Assembly: GCA_045130875.1 (NCBI GenBank)
Contig: JBGUQI010000011.1
Location: forward strand, 9,828 to 73,827
Direction: 5' to 3'
Source of the DNA: Bacilli bacterium
Lineage (GTDB): Bacteria > Bacillota_I > Bacilli_A > RFN20 > CAG-826
Length of the DNA stretch: 64,000 nucleotides
Shown here: positions 33,710-42,294 of the stretch, piece after piece
Position numbering within the stretch: the stretch's first letter is position 1
Layout of the letters: every line of letters starts with the position of its first letter
Notes under the pieces: generated by a model
Databases searched by the model: none
What the model was told of the DNA's origin: nothing
The model's input: the letters and a program-made list of their open reading frames with translations, nothing else
Position numbers and translations under genes: made by a program

Positions 33710-35131
33710 TTATTTAGACTTTGGTAATGACGCCGCAGCAATGGATTGGCCAAGTCTTCTCATAAAGTCACTGGGCATTCCAATATCGATGTGCGCATAT
33801 TCAGGGAATTCTTTCTTTAATGTTTCTCTTGCCACTCTTAAGATGGTTTCTCCACCTTTTCCGGAAGTAACTCTTCCTAATAGCAAGACATGTTTGATCT
33901 CATAGAACTCTGCATAGAATGCTAAAGCGTAGGTTAAGTAAACACCAATAGATTCAAATATCTTGTTGGCTCCTTCATGACCTTCTTCATTAAGTTTTTG
34001 AACAACTTTAAGTTTCTCCGCTAAAGTGAGTTTTTCATCTAATTCAATACCTGCTCTTGGAGCTAATTTAATAACTGCATCTTGGGAGAAATATTTACAT
34101 CCCACTCCAAAATCATGGCTCCATTCATCAACCATCGCATTTTTGTTAAAATCTACAGGCATAAACGCTAATTCAGAAAACCAACCTGGTAAATTGCCAT
34201 TTCTATCAACATAGCCAACAGCTTCACTTGTGCCCATTGCAATACCAAGAACGCAATTATCTTTAAGATCCAAAGCACCTGCTAATGCAGTAACATCACC
34301 ATCATTTGCGACTTCAAAAGGAATAGAATGACCTAATTCTTTTTCTAATCTTTTTACGGTATTTATATATGCACCTTTAACAAGTTCAAAATTCTCTTTT
34401 GGAACTTTGATGAATATCGATGAGACCATTGGTTTGTTATTTACAATAACACCAGCGGTTGAAATGCCGATCGCATCGACATCTCCACCCAATACATCAA
34501 TGGCTTTTTTCATCGCCATATAGAAATATTCATAATGATAATTAATGTCTTCATTTAGTTTCGGCAACCAAACAATTTCTTCAGAGAATAAAACTTCTCC
34601 TTCTTTAACCGCAGATACTTTAATATCGCTTCCTCCAACATCAAAGCCAATACGTCTACCTTCTAAATGGCCACCGACAGATAATGAGGAGCTCTTCATT
34701 TGAGGAATGTTTTCATATGTACATTCAACAACTTCCATTTGTCTTTCAAATACCGTGGCCATAAAGTGATAATCAAAATCACGAAGGCCTCCATTAGAAT
34801 AATACTGTTTGATATTGTTATAGACTACATGAGATCCGGCGATATAGATTTTAAATCCACCAACAACCCATAAAATACATTTGATAATTCTTTCCACAAT
34901 GAAAGTGTTTCTCTCATCATCAACACCATCAGGTAGAATATCAAATTCTTTTCTATAGATGTAACCATTAGCCCTTTCAATGGAAACTACTAAATGTTGT
35001 TTATTTGGATATTTATTGACATCTTCAAAAAACGATCTTAATTCCAGAATCGCGGGTTTAAATTCAGGTTCTAAAATTGGCTTAATCATATTAATAAACC
35101 TTAACTCCCATCTTATATGTCGCTTTGACAT
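33710..35131 (-). CDS. ASKHA-fold sugar kinase (ROK/glucokinase-like) with a ~160-aa N-terminal extra domain; possibly N-acetylhexosamine kinase
   Basis: Phosphate-1 motif RIGFDVGGSDIKVSAV; DGDVTALAG; GIAMGTSEAVGYV. No ROK CxCGxxGC zinc motif seen. Adjacent to nagA. An alternative start at ATG 35089 (MIKPILEP) directly abuts the nagA stop. Confidence 0.6.
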   Translation of the reverse strand: MSKRHIRWELRFINMIKPILEPEFKPAILELRSFFEDVNKYPNKQHLVVSIERANGYIYRKEFDILPDGVDDERNTFIVERIIKCILWVVGGFKIYIAGSHVVYNNIKQYYSNGGLRDFDYHFMATVFERQMEVVECTYENIPQMKSSSLSVGGHLEGRRIGFDVGGSDIKVSAVKEGEVLFSEEIVWLPKLNEDINYHYEYFYMAMKKAIDVLGGDVDAIGISTAGVIVNNKPMVSSIFIKVPKENFELVKGAYINTVKRLEKELGHSIPFEVANDGDVTALAGALDLKDNCVLGIAMGTSEAVGYVDRNGNLPGWFSELAFMPVDFNKNAMVDEWSHDFGVGCKYFSQDAVIKLAPRAGIELDEKLTLAEKLKVVQKLNEEGHEGANKIFESIGVYLTYALAFYAEFYEIKHVLLLGRVTSGKGGETILRVARETLKKEFPEYAHIDIGMPSDFMRRLGQSIAAASLPKSK

Positions 35132-36260
35132 TTAAATCATTATCTAATAGGACAATATCAGCAAGTTTTCCTTCCTCAATTAGTCCTCTATTTTCAATCA
35201 AATGTACCGCTTTTGCTGCGTTTCTGCTGGAAATTTTCGCTAAATCGCATAAAGAAGCACCAGTAATATCTCTCATATTTCTAAGGCCTCTATCCATCTC
35301 CAAAACTGAGCCAGCAAGAGGACCGGAGAGTAGATAAGCCGCGCCATCTCTCACTTCATATGGGAGCCCAAAAATCTTGTGTTCTTTTTCATCTTTGAAG
35401 AAGCCTAATTTGGGTCCTTCTTGTTTTTCTTGTTTCGCGGCTAATGAATCAGTAATCATCACAAATCTTTCAGGACCGATAATCTTATATGATGCTGCTA
35501 ATGTATTCTTGCACACATGGATGGTGTCACAAATAAATTCAGTATATAAACCATCAAAATAGAATGCCGCAGTCACAATACCTGGATTTCTATGATGATG
35601 TGGGCTCATCGCATTATGTGTATGTGTTGTATTGGTTAATCCTTTTGCCATCGCAGCTTTGACTTGATCAAATGTCGCATCGCTATGTCCTGCAGAAACA
35701 GTAACCTTTTTACCTTTGGTAACATGCTCAATAAATTCTAAAGCGCCTTCTTTTTCAGGAGCCAAAGTAATGTATCTAACATTACCGCCGGATAGTTCTT
35801 GTAATTCATCAAATTCTTTAATATCTGGATTGCGGATAAAGGCCTCATTTTGTGCGCCTTTATACTTTGGGTTGATATAAGGTCCTTCAAAATGGATACC
35901 ACCTAGTGAAGGAACTTCTTTAATGGCGTTCTTAACGGTTTTACACACTCTTGCTAAGGATTCTTTATCACTAGTTAATGTTGTGGCTAAGAATGTAGTA
36001 ACACCTTCTTTATATAAAGCGTTTGCGATAGTCTTATAGTCTTCTTCTTTTGCATCCATAAAATCGATGTCGCAACATCCGTGGATATGGATATCAATAA
36101 AACCAGGCATAGCAATCAAACCTTCGCAATCAACTGCGCCCACCATATTTGAGGGGCATTCACCCACACCGATATGTTGAATCTTTCCATCAAAGATGGA
36201 CAAATAACCACGTTCGATAACGCTATTTTCTAAAACGATTTTCAGATTTTTGAGGACCAT
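35091..36260 (-). CDS. nagA: N-acetylglucosamine-6-phosphate deacetylase
   Basis: GFIDIHIHG, HFEGPYINPKYKGAQ, TLAPE, SAGHSDAT, THTHNAMSPHHHRNPGIV and ITDSL are the canonical NagA metal-binding and active-site motifs. AGGAG SD. Confidence 0.9.
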   Translation of the reverse strand: MVLKNLKIVLENSVIERGYLSIFDGKIQHIGVGECPSNMVGAVDCEGLIAMPGFIDIHIHGCCDIDFMDAKEEDYKTIANALYKEGVTTFLATTLTSDKESLARVCKTVKNAIKEVPSLGGIHFEGPYINPKYKGAQNEAFIRNPDIKEFDELQELSGGNVRYITLAPEKEGALEFIEHVTKGKKVTVSAGHSDATFDQVKAAMAKGLTNTTHTHNAMSPHHHRNPGIVTAAFYFDGLYTEFICDTIHVCKNTLAASYKIIGPERFVMITDSLAAKQEKQEGPKLGFFKDEKEHKIFGLPYEVRDGAAYLLSGPLAGSVLEMDRGLRNMRDITGASLCDLAKISSRNAAKAVHLIENRGLIEEGKLADIVLLDNDLNVKATYKMGVKVY

Positions 36261-36340
36261 AATTATCTCCTGCTGATTATAGATATTCTAATATATCTAC
36301 CTTTCAAAATAAATATTAAACCTAGTTCAAAAAATCTAGA

Positions 36341-37177
36341 TTATTTCTTATAAACTATATCAAAAATAAACTTTGAAGCTTCTTTTACCCAAATAGAATT
36401 AGGTTCTGCTTCTTCCATATATGGTTCGTAATCTTGATATACTCCTCTACTGAATAAGGATCCACCATGAACACCTTTTTCAAATAGAGAATATTGATAT
36501 GGAACACCAGCTTTCTTTAAAGCTTTGGTGAATCTCTCAGCGTTTTCTGGAGGAACACAGGTATCAGTTTTTGTAGAGAAGATATAAACTGGTGGGCAAT
36601 CTGGTGTTACATGATTTTCTAAAGAAAGTTTTTCCATTAAATCTTCTTTTAAACCAGTGATATTAGTGACTGTTGTCCATTCACCGACACCTTTTTCTGT
36701 AGAAACAACGGGATACGCCATAATTGTAGCGGTGGGTTTTACTTTTTTAGGATCAATACCTAATGATGCCGCAATCTCTTTATAATATAAAGCCACAGAA
36801 CCCACTAAATGACCTCCTGCGGAAAATCCCATAATTGATGGGTTATCATCAGTAAGATGGAATTCTTTTTGATGTTCCTTAATATAATTAAGAGCGAATA
36901 CTACTTCTCTTTGAGGAATAGGATATTCACGCTCACAAGAATATCTGATGACAAAAGTATTAAAACCTTCGGTTAAGAATCTTAAGGCTACTGGTTCACC
37001 TTCCCTATCAGAACAATATTGATAAGCCCCTCCTGGGCAGATTAATAATGCAGGTCTTGGAAAAGCGGGATCATATCTCACTTCATTTAAAAAATGAAGT
37101 TCATAATATTCTAGTGTGGCCGCGGAATCCTTGAACACTGGAGATAAATCTCTTAAATAGAACTTCTTGTAAATCAT
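36341..37177 (-). CDS. Alpha/beta-hydrolase, probable carbohydrate esterase
   Basis: LLICPGGAYQY oxyanion region. Nucleophile elbow MGFSAGGHLV. Late D/H (KTDTCVP, GVHGGS). Confidence 0.65.
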   Translation of the reverse strand: MIYKKFYLRDLSPVFKDSAATLEYYELHFLNEVRYDPAFPRPALLICPGGAYQYCSDREGEPVALRFLTEGFNTFVIRYSCEREYPIPQREVVFALNYIKEHQKEFHLTDDNPSIMGFSAGGHLVGSVALYYKEIAASLGIDPKKVKPTATIMAYPVVSTEKGVGEWTTVTNITGLKEDLMEKLSLENHVTPDCPPVYIFSTKTDTCVPPENAERFTKALKKAGVPYQYSLFEKGVHGGSLFSRGVYQDYEPYMEEAEPNSIWVKEASKFIFDIVYKK

Positions 37178-37195
37178 AAAAATGCTCCTCTTTTT

Positions 37196-38164
37196 TTACA
37201 AAGGTTTAATACCTAATTTTTGCAACTTCTTAATCGTCTTCTTATCCCAATAAGATGATTGCACTTCGGCAATATGCTTCTTTTGGAGATAATACATACA
37301 TAGTCTTGATTGACCGATACCGCCACCAATTGTAAGTGGTAATTCATTATTTATAATGCTTTGGCAATAAGGATTATCAACTTTCTTTAATTCATCCTTT
37401 TGTTTTAATTGTTTTAATAAGGAATCTTTATTTACTCTAATACCCATAGAACTTAATTCAATAGGAGAATCAATCGCATCATCAAAAAGAATGATGTCAC
37501 CATTGAGATTCCAATCATCATAGTCTGCCGCTCTACCATCATGTGGTAAACCATTTTCTAATGGCCAACCAATTTGATAGATAAATATTGCGCGATGTTC
37601 TTTAGCAAAGAGATATTCTCTTTCTTTAGGAGTGCTTTCAGGATAGAGGTGTTCCAATTCTTTAGAAGAGATGGAGAAGATATCTTTGGGGAGATCATAA
37701 GAGAAACCCCATTTCATCTCACTAATCGTCGCCACTTTACGGATAACGGAATATATTTGTTTCACTACTTTAAATAGGTAACTAGGTTTGCGATCTTTTT
37801 CGAAAATAATCTTTTCCCAATCCCATTGATCGACATATATAGAATGAAGATTATCCATTACTTCATCTTTTCTAATCGCATTCATATCGGTGTATAAACC
37901 AGTATTAACTTCAAAATCATAATCTTTTAAGGCTTTTCTTTTCCACTTCGCTAAAGATTGAACGATTTCGATTTTCTTACGACCAATTTTAAAAGAGACA
38001 CTTTGTTCCACACCATTGAGATTGTCATTTAATCCTGTGGAGGCTTCCACAAACAAAGGAGCGCTAACTCTAGTGAGATGAAGTTTCTTAGCCAAAAGAG
38101 CTTCAAATTTATCTTTGAGATATTTAATAGCGACTTGTGTTTCTAGTAATGTTAGTTCTTTCAT
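37196..38164 (-). CDS. asnA: Aspartate--ammonia ligase (asparagine synthetase A)
   Basis: Aligns along its length with my recollection of E. coli AsnA: SLAKWKRKAL, LHSIYVDQWDWEKI, LSSMGIRVNKD, TIGGGIGQSRLCMYYLQ. Confidence 0.92.
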   Translation of the reverse strand: MKELTLLETQVAIKYLKDKFEALLAKKLHLTRVSAPLFVEASTGLNDNLNGVEQSVSFKIGRKKIEIVQSLAKWKRKALKDYDFEVNTGLYTDMNAIRKDEVMDNLHSIYVDQWDWEKIIFEKDRKPSYLFKVVKQIYSVIRKVATISEMKWGFSYDLPKDIFSISSKELEHLYPESTPKEREYLFAKEHRAIFIYQIGWPLENGLPHDGRAADYDDWNLNGDIILFDDAIDSPIELSSMGIRVNKDSLLKQLKQKDELKKVDNPYCQSIINNELPLTIGGGIGQSRLCMYYLQKKHIAEVQSSYWDKKTIKKLQKLGIKPL

Positions 38165-38207
38165 AACTTATCGTTAATGATAACATATTTGTTATCTCTT
38201 TTGATAA

Positions 38208-39029
38208 TTAATAATTCAATCCACGCATATAATAATCGGGATAATTGTCGTGATTAATATAAACATCAAACCTTGATGTGCTATATAACACCATCACTAA
38301 GAAGATGATGGGGAAAACAAATATCACATATAAAACAAGAACAATATATTTAACCCAAACTAATACCAATGGAATGAATAATAATCCAATAGGTAACACT
38401 AACATAAGCGTTCCCAACAAGGACCATCCAACTGTTTTAATATAGAAGAATATTCCGTTTCTTAATAATCCCGTCCATTTGGAATCGTAGATATTATTCA
38501 ACAAGATAATCCAAAAATAGATTGGTAAGAAAATCAAAGCGAATATCAATAAAGGCAAATAGGAAATAATAGTCTCAGGAAATAAAGAAGAAACAAAGTA
38601 CGCTAAAGCATAGAAAAGCCCAAAAATTAATGCAAATATGAGGTTTTTGCCGATATTTTGCTTAATTCCATGAAAGAAATCCTCCCTGAAGAATATCCCT
38701 TCTCCCCATATTAAATTTCTCAAAACCCTAATCACTCCAGTGACGCCAATAATGGCAACCAAAGAGAATAAAATAAGCCCACCATTATAGATATAGTGAT
38801 AGATCAATTTAGTCTGGGCCACTTCTTCAGTCGCGGCTTCCATCAATGGCCCATAATAAATATCCATAAAAAAGGAAAACGCCATCAGAGGGGTAAAGAA
38901 TAATAAAAGCATCAGTCCACATTTGAGGATGACTGCATAGTTCATCTTAAAACAATCACCGAACTGAGCTTTCCTCGTTCTCGGTAACATGGCTTTGGAA
39001 TAATCAATCTTACTTACTTTCTTCGCCAT
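38208..39029 (-). CDS. Polytopic membrane protein, YesL/DUF624-like (paralog of 19511..20353)
   Basis: About 6 TM segments. N-terminal region alignable with 19511..20353. Start overlaps the ATPase gene by 20 nt. Confidence 0.5.
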   Translation of the reverse strand: MAKKVSKIDYSKAMLPRTRKAQFGDCFKMNYAVILKCGLMLLLFFTPLMAFSFFMDIYYGPLMEAATEEVAQTKLIYHYIYNGGLILFSLVAIIGVTGVIRVLRNLIWGEGIFFREDFFHGIKQNIGKNLIFALIFGLFYALAYFVSSLFPETIISYLPLLIFALIFLPIYFWIILLNNIYDSKWTGLLRNGIFFYIKTVGWSLLGTLMLVLPIGLLFIPLVLVWVKYIVLVLYVIFVFPIIFLVMVLYSTSRFDVYINHDNYPDYYMRGLNY

Positions 39030-39750
39030 GAGGTAAATCCACCTTTAAGGAGTTTACTATTGGATTATCGCTATCAAGGAATTCATCTGGAGTAAATGTT
39101 CCGATGATCTTTCCTTCATTCATTACATATATGTAATCCGCTAGTGATAAAGCATCTGTTATATTATGGGAAACATAAATGCATGTGGTTTTATATTCTT
39201 TTAACAATTCTTTGATTAATAATCTAATCTCATTAGAGGTTTCTTTATCGACATTCGATAATGGCTCATCCATCAAGATAATGTCGGGTCGTTTAACAAA
39301 GGCTCTGGCAATAGCCACTCTTTGTTGTTGGCCAATGGATAAGTATTTAGGCTTTCTCGTTAATAAATAATCCACACCTACCGCTATGGCAATTTCTCTT
39401 ACTCTAATATCGATTTCAGCTCTCTCTAATTTTTGTAGTTTTAAGGGGAAAGCAATATTGTCATAAATAGTGAGATGAGGATATAAGACAAAGCCTTGGC
39501 TAACATAAGCTAAATTTCTCTTCTGAACGGCGATTTCACTGATGTTTGTCTCGTTGATGAATATTTCCCCATCATAGATGATTTGACCGCTTATCGCGTT
39601 TAAAAGAGAGGTTTTACCGCATCCTGAATATCCGATTAAGACATTGCATTTCTCATGATGAAAAGAAAAAGAAACATCATCCACTGCGGTGATGATTTCT
39701 TTTTTGGGTTTATAGTATATAGAAACGTTTTTAAAAGTAATTTCGCTCAT
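39010..39750 (-). CDS. ABC transporter ATP-binding protein, MalK/MsmX-like but lacking the C-terminal regulatory domain
   Basis: Walker A GYSGCGKTS; Q-loop VSQGFVLYPH; signature RKPKYLSIGQQQRVAIARAF (LSGGQ replaced by LSIGQ); Walker B IILMDEPLSNVD; H-loop VSHN. 246 aa. Confidence 0.9.
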   Translation of the reverse strand: MSEITFKNVSIYYKPKKEIITAVDDVSFSFHHEKCNVLIGYSGCGKTSLLNAISGQIIYDGEIFINETNISEIAVQKRNLAYVSQGFVLYPHLTIYDNIAFPLKLQKLERAEIDIRVREIAIAVGVDYLLTRKPKYLSIGQQQRVAIARAFVKRPDIILMDEPLSNVDKETSNEIRLLIKELLKEYKTTCIYVSHNITDALSLADYIYVMNEGKIIGTFTPDEFLDSDNPIVNSLKVDLPHGEESK

Positions 39751-39754
39751 GAAA

Positions 39755-40339
39755 TTAGTATACGCTAATAGTAAATCCTTTACTAACTTCTTGCTCTTGA
39801 TAAGAGGCGGTGACTACACAACTTGTTGTGCCAGCTTTTAATGCAGTTACCATAGTTCCTTCAATAGAAACAATCGTGTTATCACTAAAAGCATAAGATA
39901 ATGTTGGATAATCAATTATTTCATTACCCATCTTGACGGTAAGGGGTAATGCATATTCATCCCCGACTTCTAAAGTGAAAGATTCTTTAGTTAAAACGAT
40001 TTGCAAACTATCGTGAGCTTGATAAGGCGTTACCTCCACAAAGACAACATAGGAATCCTTACCACCACGAACTGTAATAGAAGTTTCACCCGCTTTAATG
40101 CCGGTAATTAAACCGGTATCGCTAACAGAGGCAATCGTGTCATCCGCACTGGAATAGAAAACGATAGTTCCTTTCTTGATGATTTCAGTTTCAATCTGAT
40201 AGGTTTCTTCTTCCATAATAGAAACTTCGTTGATGCTGACATTAATATATTGTTCCGTTGGAGCATCGCTCTTCTTACTATTAGATTTACAACCTAAGAG
40301 AAAGGGGATTAATAATAAAGATAATAATAACTTCTTCAT
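39755..40339 (-). CDS. Small surface lipoprotein with two bacterial Ig-like (Big_2-type) domains
   Basis: Lipobox FLLGC-KSNS. Two ~80-aa segments end in ASVSDTGLITGIKAGETSITV and VSIEGTMVTALKAGTTSCVVTA, the Big_2 pattern. Confidence 0.7.
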   Translation of the reverse strand: MKKLLLSLLLIPFLLGCKSNSKKSDAPTEQYINVSINEVSIMEEETYQIETEIIKKGTIVFYSSADDTIASVSDTGLITGIKAGETSITVRGGKDSYVVFVEVTPYQAHDSLQIVLTKESFTLEVGDEYALPLTVKMGNEIIDYPTLSYAFSDNTIVSIEGTMVTALKAGTTSCVVTASYQEQEVSKGFTISVY

Positions 40340-40348
40340 AACTTCCTC

Positions 40349-42283
40349 CTATGCAAATAAACCATCAATATCGATGATCGTGCCATTTTCATTGGCTTTG
40401 GTAATACCAAATACACCGGAATATAAGGAGAAGATCTCTTTCATTTCCGCTTTATCTTCATCACTGACTTCAGATTTGGCTAATGTCATCATCAAATAGA
40501 TGACAGAGAGATATTCTCTCATCAATCTACCTTTTAAGGTGACATAGAAGGCTTCATCATCTTGTTGATAATGGCTAATCTTTTGTAAAGATTTATCAAA
40601 TAATGATTTGTAATATCTCAACACAGAATATGGATAGATATTCTTGTTGGCGATGTTGTTATAAATAGAACCACCATCACCTCTTTCAGTATGATATTCC
40701 GCTAATCTATCTCTGATGGTTTGATAATACTCAAACATCTCAGGTGCGGCTTCGCGATAATAATGCTCACAGAAGTCTCTGGCTAATTCTTCATAGTCGA
40801 GATTGAGATTCCATAATAATTTACTCTCCACATATTCACGCATTAAGGACAATGCGGATGTTTCTGAGTCCATCGCTCCTTGGGTATAGAAATAGGAAAC
40901 CCCTAATTCTTTACATACTTGGCCCATCGATTTAAAGGTTCCAAAGTTACCAAAGTTAGCAAAATAATATTTGAAATTCACATCATATAGATAGACGAGG
41001 AATTGCCCCCTTGCCACTTGATTCCATTGTTTGAGTTCTAAGAAGGATTCGCTATTAAAATAATTATTATCAAACGGGAAGGCAAAATTACATGTAATTG
41101 GAGCGTAGAAAACATTTAATTTTTCATGGGGTTTAACTCTATCGTTTAATAATACCCATTCACCATTTTTCTGCTCCACAGGGGCAATCTTAGTGGCGTA
41201 ATATGCAAAGACAACATATCTTACTTGTCTACCAGGTTGATTTTCTTTTAACCAAGCTTCAGTCATTTCAATGACATGATTCATAAAGATGATTTGTAAA
41301 CCAGCATAGTTACAAGCATATTCTTCCATCGCATGTGCGCACTTTTCGCATCTACAGAAAGATGTCGCATTATCTTCTTGTCCACACATAAAATATGTGG
41401 CGTCTGGATATTTTTCAAAATAATAGATAAATTTATCAGCAACCCATCTCTCTAATTCTTCACCCGCACTCCAACATAGTTGGTTATTCGTCGTGTTATA
41501 TGTCGCTGCAGCACGATTCGAGAACCATTCTGGATGGGCTTCATGGACAGTTCTTGTAGCATCATACTTTTCACCGGGATTAGCAAAGACACGGACTTGA
41601 CCATGTCCATATAATTCACTAGCCCATTCCGATCCACGATATTGATTGATAATACGATGGTTATCACAGACATCTTGATTTAACATTAAATGTCTATTCG
41701 CAATCGCTCTTCCATCAAATGATGGTTCGATAAAGAAATTCTTATAATCTCTTAAATTAATGTTTTCTTGTTCAGTGTAATAGATTTCATCCGAAGCATA
41801 ATATTCATAATCCACTAAATCATGGAGCAAATCGAAGACACCATAGGTGATCGCTTCTCCTCTTTCTAATGGATTGGAATAGATATAAATATCATCGTTT
41901 TTTGTGGAGATAAAATATGAGGAAATCTTTCCATCTAATTTTTCCATAGAAATATCTTGGAAATTCTCTTCGAATTGTTTTGTGCTTCCTAAAGAGATAA
42001 AACGTGTACCACTAACAAGTTCATTGTCAGTGATGATATTCATCTTCGCACCACTAGATTTATTGATATAAGTAGCTAAAGTATCCGCGGCCACTCTTTC
42101 TTTATTCTTGTAGTTACGAGGAATGACAATGCTATATTCACTATGAGAATTTCTCACGATGAATTTATCTTTGATAATCTCCGCTTGTTGTTCAGATGAT
42201 GTTGGTGCACTCTTCTCAGTACAACCAACAAGGAAAGTACCAACTAAAACTAATGTTAAGATATTTAACCATTTAATCTTCAT
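40349..42283 (-). CDS. Surface lipoprotein, DUF4838-like putative glycoside hydrolase
   Basis: Lipobox FLVGC-TEKS. N-terminal GH20b/GH67N-like element (YSIVIPRNYKNKERVAADTLATYINKSSGAKMNIITDNE...FISLGS). Cys cluster CRCEKCAHAMEEY. Family assignment is from memory. Confidence 0.45.
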   Translation of the reverse strand: MKIKWLNILTLVLVGTFLVGCTEKSAPTSSEQQAEIIKDKFIVRNSHSEYSIVIPRNYKNKERVAADTLATYINKSSGAKMNIITDNELVSGTRFISLGSTKQFEENFQDISMEKLDGKISSYFISTKNDDIYIYSNPLERGEAITYGVFDLLHDLVDYEYYASDEIYYTEQENINLRDYKNFFIEPSFDGRAIANRHLMLNQDVCDNHRIINQYRGSEWASELYGHGQVRVFANPGEKYDATRTVHEAHPEWFSNRAAATYNTTNNQLCWSAGEELERWVADKFIYYFEKYPDATYFMCGQEDNATSFCRCEKCAHAMEEYACNYAGLQIIFMNHVIEMTEAWLKENQPGRQVRYVVFAYYATKIAPVEQKNGEWVLLNDRVKPHEKLNVFYAPITCNFAFPFDNNYFNSESFLELKQWNQVARGQFLVYLYDVNFKYYFANFGNFGTFKSMGQVCKELGVSYFYTQGAMDSETSALSLMREYVESKLLWNLNLDYEELARDFCEHYYREAAPEMFEYYQTIRDRLAEYHTERGDGGSIYNNIANKNIYPYSVLRYYKSLFDKSLQKISHYQQDDEAFYVTLKGRLMREYLSVIYLMMTLAKSEVSDEDKAEMKEIFSLYSGVFGITKANENGTIIDIDGLFA

Positions 42284-42294
42284 AACCGTACCTC

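Noticed and set aside
38179-38196. Hairpin GATAAC-N6-GTTATC between the YesL-like gene and asnA; considered as a terminator.
   Set aside because: It has no U-tract in the minus (transcribed) orientation. A T-rich tail is present only on the plus strand, where there is no gene.
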